DNA from: an archaeon
Lineage (GTDB): Archaea; Asgardarchaeota; Thorarchaeia; Thorarchaeales; Thorarchaeaceae
Direction of reading: 5' to 3'
Assembly: GCA_024275415.1 (NCBI GenBank)
Contig: JAJRZD010000084.1
Coordinates: 1 to 13,975, forward strand
DNA length: 13,975 nt
Under the pieces are notes generated by a model. That model made no database searches, was not told where the DNA came from, and saw only the letters and a program-made list of their open reading frames with translations. This document shows, in pieces, positions 1 to 6,718 of the stretch (positions are counted from its first letter, which is position 1; each line of letters starts with the position of its first letter). The translations under genes were made by a program, and so were the position numbers.

Positions 1-653
1 AAGCCCAGATAATCCATGACTCGTTTCTGCAATTCAAGGCCTATCGGCCCCAGTGCAGCATGGCTCCCTGTCGCTCCTGCCACTTTTCCTACGATTGACC
101 TCTCCCTCGCAGCCAGTAGCCTCTCTCTATGTCTCAGCATCTCATCCAGCCAGACAGAGAAGCGGATTCCGTATGTGATTGGCACAGCATGTTGTCCGTG
201 CGACCTCCCGATTGCGAGCAGATCCTTTGTTTCTTTAGCACGAGTGGCTAAGGCATTGCAGAGTCGGGCGACCTGAGGCAACAATATATCGAACGCAGTC
301 TTCAATTGGAGTCCTAGTGCTGTATCCTTCACGTCGTTGCTCGTAAGGCCAAAATGCACCCAGCGTGACCCGCTCCCATCACACTTCTCTGCGATGGCCT
401 CGAAGAGAGCTGCCACATCATGCTTTGTTCGTTCCTCGATTTCCATTGTCCTTGCAAGAGTGACCTTCTCTGGAACCGCCGTTTCGATGATGTCTTGGGC
501 TGCATCCATCGGTATCATCTCTAGGCCGGCTTGGGCTCTTGCCACAGCGCTTTCCACTCTCAACCAGAGGGCATGGCGAAAGTCCTCCTCGAAGATTTCT
601 ATCATCTCTGGACTTCCATATCTCCCATAGTCGATCGGGTTCACGGGCATCAT
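1..653 (-). CDS. purB: Adenylosuccinate lyase, N-terminal ~217 aa (gene continues past the left edge)
   Basis: Manual minus-strand translation from ATG 653 is open to base 1: MMPVNPIDYGRYGSPEMIEIFEE...HDVAALFEAIAEKC...WVHFGLTSNDVKDTA...IGRSHGQHAVPITYG...GKVAGATGS. These match PurB/fumarase-superfamily signatures (RYGSxEM, VHxGxTSxD, GRT/SHGQHA). AGGAG lies 7 nt upstream of the start. Confidence 0.95.
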   Translation of the reverse strand, partial: MMPVNPIDYGRYGSPEMIEIFEEDFRHALWLRVESAVARAQAGLEMIPMDAAQDIIETAVPEKVTLARTMEIEERTKHDVAALFEAIAEKCDGSGSRWVHFGLTSNDVKDTALGLQLKTAFDILLPQVARLCNALATRAKETKDLLAIGRSHGQHAVPITYGIRFSVWLDEMLRHRERLLAARERSIVGKVAGATGSHAALGPIGLELQKRVMDYLG

Positions 654-737
654 GGCTCAACTCCTATGTCCTCTTCACGAACCATTGTCTTGATATGGTT
701 TGCTACACTCTATCATGACCGCTCTGGTTATAGGTCA
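654..737. promoter_or_regulatory. Short divergent intergenic region with AACCAT-N9-ATGGTT inverted repeat (680-700)
   Basis: About 84 nt between two divergent starts, with a perfect 6-bp inverted repeat near the centre. No clear TATA box seen. Confidence 0.35.
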
Positions 738-1733
738 GTGGGCACATTCGAATGTTCAAAGGAAGTGGCATCAATGGAAGTGAATGGGTATAGTAGGAGC
801 GTCCTTGGAGGTATCCTGAACATGGCCCAAGAGATGCTGACTTCTCTGAAGCCCCTCCTGAAGCGAGATGACGGACTACCATTCACAGGTTTGTTGTTTA
901 TGGATGCAAAAAACGAGGATGTGCTGACCATCAAAGCCGCATTGGCTCGAAGCAAAGTCCCCTCCTTCGATGGGAGTCTGATGCTGGGATCCCTCTTGAG
1001 TGAAATGGAATTCATCACTCAGGCATCCATTGTAGCAGATGCCGTAGACTTGCTCGTGACATCGTTTCACAGCCACGACAATCTCGGGCAGGGGAGCAGG
1101 CTTGCTAACGCTGTCGCATCCAACATCGACTTGCCATCCATCAACTTCTCAGATGAGGTGTACTCATCTCTGGGAGCGATTGCAGAACTGTTAGGGTTGG
1201 TACAGGCGCTTGGCACGCTGGACGGAAAACGTGTGGCGATATCATGGGGGTTTGGGAATCATTTTCACTCACCGAATGTGGCGCATAGCCTGCATCTCTT
1301 CCTCGCCCTATTAGGGATTGATCAGAAGATGGTCGCACCATCGAGGTTCCACTTACAGAACCGGGTACGACATCAAGCATCATCCATCGCCAAATCTTAT
1401 GGCGCAGAGATAGTACACGCTCAGGACTTTGAGGGTTCCTTTGATGATGTTGATGCTGTCTTCGTGATGAACTGGGGGTCACTGGCGGAGTTTCAGCATC
1501 CTGAACGGAATGCCGAACACGCAAGGGAGTTCCGTGATTGGTATTTCACCACAGAGAGGATTCCCACCAAGTGTAAGGTTTGTTTCTATCCACCAGTCCA
1601 ACTTGACCTGATTGCTGACAACTCCATTGTGACATCCAATGTGAAGCACAATCGAACGTGGCTCACCCGACGAATCGCCGCCATGAACGCGACTATGGCT
1701 GAAGTCCTGACCAACTCACGGACGTTTCTCTAA
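738..1733 (+). CDS. Aspartate/ornithine carbamoyltransferase-fold protein, knotted (AOTCase/SOTCase/YgeW-like) type, catalytically degenerate
   Basis: Family-like segments PSINFSDEVY, KRVAISWG, DAVFVMNWG and FRDWYFTTER, and ~331 aa from GTG 738 (ATG 774 is an alternative start). The ORF-track start at 531 overlaps purB and is implausible. STRT, HPxQ and HxLP motifs are absent. Confidence 0.8.
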   Translation: MGTFECSKEVASMEVNGYSRSVLGGILNMAQEMLTSLKPLLKRDDGLPFTGLLFMDAKNEDVLTIKAALARSKVPSFDGSLMLGSLLSEMEFITQASIVADAVDLLVTSFHSHDNLGQGSRLANAVASNIDLPSINFSDEVYSSLGAIAELLGLVQALGTLDGKRVAISWGFGNHFHSPNVAHSLHLFLALLGIDQKMVAPSRFHLQNRVRHQASSIAKSYGAEIVHAQDFEGSFDDVDAVFVMNWGSLAEFQHPERNAEHAREFRDWYFTTERIPTKCKVCFYPPVQLDLIADNSIVTSNVKHNRTWLTRRIAAMNATMAEVLTNSRTFL

Positions 1734-1776
1734 TTTCATAGTGCTTTTATCATGTGCCACCAATAGTGATGGTATC

Positions 1777-2874
1777 ATGTGGAAGATGATGAGACCTGAT
1801 GCCGTAAGGGCGTGGCGGGATCAAGAAACAGTCAGACGGCTATCCAGATACCGCGATATCATCGATGGGAAGCGGATTGCAAAGTATCTTCTTGCAAAGG
1901 ACATCTCTTGTGAAACCCCACTTGATGACTCGACCGATACGCTGTGGAAAGTCCACTCACAGTTGCATGACGAATTCGTAGGATATGTCCATGCTGTAGA
2001 TGCAGGCGAACCTCGCCATGAGACGGAGGACGGTAGGTCATTCCTTCATCTTAAGAACGAGCTCGCGTGGCGGATCCTGAGAGAATGCCATTTCTGCGAG
2101 CGTAGGTGCGGTTCAGACCGAGCGTCCGGACAGACTGGGTGGTGCAAACTGGGCCCCGAGTCACGAGTGTCATCTGCATTCCTTCATACTGGCGAGGAGG
2201 CCCCTCTCGTACCCAGCGGGACAATCTTCTTCTCCTCCTGCTGTCTGTCGTGTGCTTTCTGTCAGAACGAGGACATCTCTACGAACCCGAATGCAGGTAT
2301 GCCCGTTTCAGCGGAGGATCTTGCGAAGCTTGCAGAAAGGTTGGGTCAGGACGGGGCAATCAACATCAACTACGTAGGTGGTGACCCTGTTCCCAACACG
2401 CACACGATTATCGGGTCATTGATCCATCAGATGTCCAACATCACGCAGCTCTGGAACTCCAGTATGTATGGCTCGTCGGAGGCGATGGCACTTATCGCTG
2501 ACCTCATGGATGTGTGGCTCCCAGACTTCAAGTATGGCAATAACGAATGCGCCAAGCGACTATCGGGCGTAGACGATTACTTTGACATTGTTTCGAGGAA
2601 TCACCTGACAGCCTACCAGAATGGCGAGGTCATCATCCGGCACTTAGTGTTGCCCAACCATCTCGAATGTTGCACTTTTCCCGTCCTTGAATGGGTTACT
2701 GAGAACCTGCCGGACTGCATGGTCAATATCATGGCACAGTACAGACCTGAGCACCGAGTCCGGAGGAACCCTGATGACTACAAGGAGATATCCAGAAGGG
2801 TGAGCACTGAGGAGATGAAGTTGGCCTTCAGCAAGGCAGAGGACTTGGGGATCTATTGGAGAACTGTTAGCTGA
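1777..2874 (+). CDS. PflX-like (COG1313-type) radical SAM protein
   Basis: CxxxCxxC (CCLSCAFC, 2239-2262) in the context HTGEE...SGTIFF; N-terminal CHFCERRC...C cluster; VGGDP; WLPDFKYGN; IIRHLVLPNH; QYRP. Likely start ATG 1777 (track start GTG 1741). Confidence 0.88.
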   Translation: MWKMMRPDAVRAWRDQETVRRLSRYRDIIDGKRIAKYLLAKDISCETPLDDSTDTLWKVHSQLHDEFVGYVHAVDAGEPRHETEDGRSFLHLKNELAWRILRECHFCERRCGSDRASGQTGWCKLGPESRVSSAFLHTGEEAPLVPSGTIFFSSCCLSCAFCQNEDISTNPNAGMPVSAEDLAKLAERLGQDGAININYVGGDPVPNTHTIIGSLIHQMSNITQLWNSSMYGSSEAMALIADLMDVWLPDFKYGNNECAKRLSGVDDYFDIVSRNHLTAYQNGEVIIRHLVLPNHLECCTFPVLEWVTENLPDCMVNIMAQYRPEHRVRRNPDDYKEISRRVSTEEMKLAFSKAEDLGIYWRTVS

Positions 2875-2910
2875 ACTTCTCTCTTTTGAAACGGAAGATT
2901 TCCTCAAGAC

Positions 2911-2927
2911 TAAAATGCAGTTTATAA
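2911..2927 (+). promoter_or_regulatory. Putative archaeal BRE/TATA element for the epimerase
   Basis: TAAAATGCAG-TTTATAA; the TATA ends 28 nt before ATG 2955, consistent with a near-leaderless transcript. Confidence 0.55.
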
Positions 2928-2954
2928 TTACGCAGTGAATTGGAGCACATAGAA

Positions 2955-3902
2955 ATGGTCGTTCTTGTAACTGGTGGGTGTGGTTATTTAGGCTCCCATC
3001 TTGTCCGAGAGATGGCAACGAGAAGGGAGTTCGAAGGTGAGACTATCCGGCTCTTCGATAACATGCTCAGAGACCGTTATGTGTCACTTTTTGACCTACC
3101 TCGAGAAGTCAGGTTCGAGATGATTCATGCTGATATCGGCGACCTAGATAAGATACGACTGGCTATGAAGGATGTTACCACTGTTGTTGCAGCATCAGAT
3201 ATCACGAATGCTCCTATTTCATTTGAGAGAAAAGAGCTGACTTACCAGACAAATTATGTTGGAGCCCTCAATGTTTTCAACACTGCAATCGATGCTGATG
3301 TAGAACGCTATATCTATACATCCACAGCATCAGTCTATGGTTTCACACAGGATGTAGTTGACGAAACATCCCCCTGTGCTCCTCAGAGCCCATATGCTGA
3401 GTACAAGCTTAAAGCAGAGGTGGAGATGAAACGCATCTCCGAGGATAAATCATTCAGCTGGACATCACTTAGACTCGGCACTGTCGTCGGCCCCTCCATT
3501 GGGATGCGGTTTGATACGGTTCTAGACAAGTTCTCCTACTATGCATCAATCGGGCATCCTCTCACCGTCTGGGACACTGCTTTGAATGAAGCACGACCTT
3601 ATGTCGAGATCCGTGATGTTTCAAGAGCGTATATCTTCGCAGTCCAGAGCAAGAAGATGGACAATGAAATCTACAACGTGGTTGTTGAGAATCTTACAAT
3701 GAGCGATGTCATTGGAAGGATGAGAATCCATTTTCCAGAAGTGGAAGTACAGGTTTCTCCCTGCCCTGATTTAAATCAAGCAAGTTTTGTGGTTTCATCA
3801 GACAAACTCCGGAATTTGGGCTTCGAATACAAATACTCGGTAGATGACGGAATCAAGAGTCTGGCAGAGAGATTCTCAGGAGTCCATAGGTTCCCACAAT
3901 GA
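2955..3902 (+). CDS. NAD-dependent epimerase/dehydratase (extended SDR, nucleotide-sugar modifying)
   Basis: VLVTGGCGYLG (GxxGxxG), YTSTASVYG, YAEYK (YxxxK), LRLGTVVG, RPYVEIRD. Start is ATG 2955 (favoured by TATA spacing) or the track start at 2940. Confidence 0.9.
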   Translation: MVVLVTGGCGYLGSHLVREMATRREFEGETIRLFDNMLRDRYVSLFDLPREVRFEMIHADIGDLDKIRLAMKDVTTVVAASDITNAPISFERKELTYQTNYVGALNVFNTAIDADVERYIYTSTASVYGFTQDVVDETSPCAPQSPYAEYKLKAEVEMKRISEDKSFSWTSLRLGTVVGPSIGMRFDTVLDKFSYYASIGHPLTVWDTALNEARPYVEIRDVSRAYIFAVQSKKMDNEIYNVVVENLTMSDVIGRMRIHFPEVEVQVSPCPDLNQASFVVSSDKLRNLGFEYKYSVDDGIKSLAERFSGVHRFPQ

Positions 3903-3927
3903 CGAGGTGATTCTTGGTCTGGTCATA

Positions 3928-3937
3928 AGATTATAAA
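3928..3937 (+). promoter_or_regulatory. Putative TATA box for the hypC trio
   Basis: TTATAAA at 3931-3937, about 33 nt upstream of ATG 3970. Confidence 0.45.
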
Positions 3938-3969
3938 GTCCAAGCAGTGGTGTCATCTTGTGAACTATC

Positions 3970-4215
3970 ATGTGTCTTGCAGTCCCGGGTCTTGTACTAT
4001 CCATCGAAGATGATTTCGCAGAGGTCGATTTAGGAGGCGTCAAACGTAAGGTGTGTGTCACACTCCTGCCCGATCTCTCTGTTGACGAATATGTCATTGT
4101 GCATACAGGCTATGCCATCGAGAAACTGAAACCAGAAGAAGCCAAGAAGACACTTGCATTGTTCGAGGAGATGGCTTCAATGGCAGACAAGATGGAATCT
4201 CCAGAGAAGGAATAG
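3970..4215 (+). CDS. hypC: [NiFe]-hydrogenase maturation chaperone HypC/HupF
   Basis: N-terminal MCLAVPG with Cys2, AEVDLGGVKRKV, YVIVHTGYAI, C-terminal helix; 81 aa. Confidence 0.96.
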   Translation: MCLAVPGLVLSIEDDFAEVDLGGVKRKVCVTLLPDLSVDEYVIVHTGYAIEKLKPEEAKKTLALFEEMASMADKMESPEKE

Positions 4216-4218
4216 GAC

Positions 4219-4701
4219 ATGTCCACAAGATGGATAATACGAAGACACACTGTCGAGGCTCTTATTGCAGTCCTTTTCCTATTCCTCGCTTCAGCATGGA
4301 TTGGCTCACTCCCGACTCAACAATTGAACGAGAGCGGTTATACATGGGTCGCCCCGCATGTGCTTGTTGAGAATCCTGGCCGTTTTGAGGGAATGAACAT
4401 CAGTACGAAAGTCACAATAAACGGCTCCTTTTCAGATGAAAGCGGTATGTGTTACTCCTCAGAAGAGGGGATAAATCTGGTATGCAGCATCGAAGATCCT
4501 CCCCTCTCACTCGGCGACACAGTCATTGTTCGTGGTGTTTCTTATCTCGAAACCAATCAGACCTTCGTGGTCGGCGAGCTGTATGTGCTTGACACATCAA
4601 GCAGTATCATTCGATCGATTCCTGGCATTATCCTGTTCGTCATAGTGTTCTTCTCCGTCTTTAGATTGGATGTAAAAAGCCTATCATTCAAGCAGCGGTG
4701 A
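4219..4701 (+). CDS. Two-TM membrane protein with an extracytoplasmic OB-fold-like domain, unknown function
   Basis: N-terminal TM, ~95 aa beta-rich loop (RFEGMNISTKVTING...LSLGDTVIVRG) carrying four N-x-S/T sequons (NES, NIS, NGS, NQT), and a C-terminal TM (IIRSIPGIILFVIVFF). Confidence 0.6.
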   Translation: MSTRWIIRRHTVEALIAVLFLFLASAWIGSLPTQQLNESGYTWVAPHVLVENPGRFEGMNISTKVTINGSFSDESGMCYSSEEGINLVCSIEDPPLSLGDTVIVRGVSYLETNQTFVVGELYVLDTSSSIIRSIPGIILFVIVFFSVFRLDVKSLSFKQR

Positions 4702-4707
4702 TTTGTG

Positions 4708-5187
4708 TTGCCTGATATACTGACACACCTAATGATTGGAGCAGCAATTGGACTCGTCATCAGAGGAACAATCAATGATGAGAAATCCATACTTGTCCTC
4801 ACAGGTTCAATCATACCTGATATTGAGCGTCCAGTTGGTTGGGTGCTAGATTTCCTTGGAACTCCGGGTATTGAGCTAACAGAGGGCTTTCACTCTTTTA
4901 TCGGAGTCATCCTCCTCTCATTCGCCATAGCCTCATTTGTGAACAGCGAAGTAGTGACTCGAACAACAAGATTTCAGTTCGCTCTTATCGGCTCTCTTTC
5001 CCATCTGCTGATGGATATGACGATGTGGCCATGGCCTGAGAAAGGTCTCTACCTATTCTATCCTCTCAAGATCCCATTCTCATTGAATCTCTGGTGGCCG
5101 GACTTCGTGTTCTATCCATTGCTAGGCCTTTGCATTTTGGGGTTATCCATCCTTATTCTAAAGGTTGGTCATATCAGACCCAAATGA
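4708..5187 (+). CDS. YdjM/DUF457-like membrane-bound metal-dependent hydrolase
   Basis: MPDILTH...GSIIPD...FHS...SHLLMD metal-ligand pattern with hydrophobic helices. GGTGA RBS overlaps the upstream stop codon. Start is TTG 4708 (or GTG 4705). Confidence 0.8.
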   Translation: MPDILTHLMIGAAIGLVIRGTINDEKSILVLTGSIIPDIERPVGWVLDFLGTPGIELTEGFHSFIGVILLSFAIASFVNSEVVTRTTRFQFALIGSLSHLLMDMTMWPWPEKGLYLFYPLKIPFSLNLWWPDFVFYPLLGLCILGLSILILKVGHIRPK

Positions 5188-5234
5188 GGAGCGAATGATG
5201 CCCTTTGTCCTTTAGTGTGGACACGTGAATTATC

Positions 5235-6539
5235 TCATGCAGTCAAGCCGATATATTTTCGAAATCTATCCCTTTCTTCCTGCAGACTCCCCGTAGGATC
5301 TACAACTATTTTATCTGAAAGGTCATGTTTCAAAAGAGCATCTTTCATCCAAGAATGATTGACTGCAAAAACAATGACATCGCATGAGTCTACTACATCG
5401 CCTAGTTCTTTGGACAATTTCAAATCCGAGTTACTTCTTACAAGTGGGTCATAAAGTCTGAGTTCTTTACCATCTCTTCTCAAAAGACTAATCAATTCGA
5501 GTGAAGGACTCATCCTCGTATCACTCACATTTGGTTTGTAAGACACGCCCAGAATCGCGAACCGTGTTATCGCCAAGTACTCCGAATCCATTTCCGTCTT
5601 TATTCTGTGCAATACATGACTAGGCATGGTATCATTCACAGAACGAGCGGTGGGTATCAGCCTAGCGAGCTTCTTAGTTCCTTCAGTTGAATTCACTAGG
5701 ATCCAACCGTCTTTCGGAAAACAATATCCTCCAACTCCCAGCCCTGGTTCCAAAATGTCCACCCTTGGATGAAGATTAGCGAAATGAATCACCTCTCGCA
5801 CGTCGATTCCTATTTCGGTCGAAAGCAATGCGAGTTCATTTGCGAACGCAATACATGTATCTCTATATGCATTCTCTGCGAGTTTCGACGTTTCAGAGAT
5901 TTTGGATCGAGTTCGATGAATCTTATTTTCTCCGAAAACGCTCCCAAGAAAAAGATGACCCAATTCCGTAGCTCTTTCTGTCACTCCGCCAACCAATCTG
6001 TCATTCTCTTCCATCTCACAAACCACGCTCCCTGGTAGAACTCTTTCCGGACTATGAACAAACCAGAATTCCTCATCATGTGTCAGGGAAACAATCTTGC
6101 TGAAACGATGAGCCTGTCGTTCAGTAAAACCTACTGGAACTGTGCTTTCGATGATGACTAATACGGGGTGGCGTATAATTGCTGCAATACTGGAGAGCGA
6201 GCTTTCAAGATAGTCTGTAATAGGTCGCTTGTTATCATCAATTGGGCTTGGTAGGCACAGCACGAAAATGTCAGTTTCGCCTAATTCATCATATCCTGAA
6301 TGTATTTTCAGTTTTGGAAGGTATCCTCTAGCAAGTTCTGTGAGTCCCTCTTCTACCATGGGTAGTTTTCCAGTTCTGAGGTTTTCTACTAGGCTCTTGT
6401 TTAGGTCGATGCCTTCTACATGATATCCTCCTCTCAGATAGAAAAGTGCAGTTGGAAATCCGATATAACCCAATCCTACTACACATACCTTGCTCTTCTT
6501 TTGGATGATCGCATCTCGGAACTTTCGAAAACTACTCAT
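5235..6539 (-). CDS. UDP-N-acetyl-sugar 6-dehydrogenase (WecC/TviB-type, UDP-glucose/GDP-mannose dehydrogenase family)
   Basis: VVGLGYIG, IIESTVPVG, SPERVLPG, KLAENAYRD..IAFANE, GVGGYCFPKD (catalytic Cys), LGVSYKPNVSDTRMSP. Likely start ATG 6539. Confidence 0.92.
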   Translation of the reverse strand: MSSFRKFRDAIIQKKSKVCVVGLGYIGFPTALFYLRGGYHVEGIDLNKSLVENLRTGKLPMVEEGLTELARGYLPKLKIHSGYDELGETDIFVLCLPSPIDDNKRPITDYLESSLSSIAAIIRHPVLVIIESTVPVGFTERQAHRFSKIVSLTHDEEFWFVHSPERVLPGSVVCEMEENDRLVGGVTERATELGHLFLGSVFGENKIHRTRSKISETSKLAENAYRDTCIAFANELALLSTEIGIDVREVIHFANLHPRVDILEPGLGVGGYCFPKDGWILVNSTEGTKKLARLIPTARSVNDTMPSHVLHRIKTEMDSEYLAITRFAILGVSYKPNVSDTRMSPSLELISLLRRDGKELRLYDPLVRSNSDLKLSKELGDVVDSCDVIVFAVNHSWMKDALLKHDLSDKIVVDPTGSLQEERDRFRKYIGLTA

Positions 6540-6554
6540 TTTCCAATCCCTCAA

Positions 6555-6718
6555 GTCGGCATTGCCTTAACGGTTGGATGATAAAGTTATTCATAGGATG
6601 AACCGTTGTCAACCCGACATCAAAAAGAAACCGCTGTTCTCCACCTCGAATACTCAGTTTGACCATTTATGCCTCGGAAAACCTTTTCAACTTGATAACT
6701 GCTTCTTCATGGGAATAG
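6555..6718. promoter_or_regulatory. Divergent promoter region with nested inverted repeat (6569-6607)
   Basis: AACGGTT...AACCGTT arms enclosing the imperfect palindrome ATGATAAAGTTATTCAT; AAAACCTTTTCAA element about 30 nt before ATG 6719. Confidence 0.45.

Noticed and set aside
16-660. Track ORFs 16-276, 337-630 and 418-660
   Set aside because: Antisense or off-frame shadows of purB, which has clear family motifs.
531-737. N-terminal 69 codons of the 400-aa ORF, including an SSRT that resembles the transcarbamylase STRT motif
   Set aside because: The first 41 codons are antisense to purB and the rest lie in the promoter gap. SSRT is ~75 residues upstream of the structurally correct position and cannot restore the active site.
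1777-2874. Calling the radical SAM protein a true pyruvate formate-lyase activase or an AmmeMemoRadiSam enzyme
   Set aside because: HTGEE/SGTIFF motifs fit the PflX-like group; no glycyl-radical enzyme, AMMECR1 or Memo gene is nearby.
5188-5234. TGTCC/GGACA hairpin (5206-5223) and a C-box-like ATGATG between convergent genes
   Set aside because: The 5-bp stem is within chance, and no matching D box (CTGA) supports a C/D sRNA.
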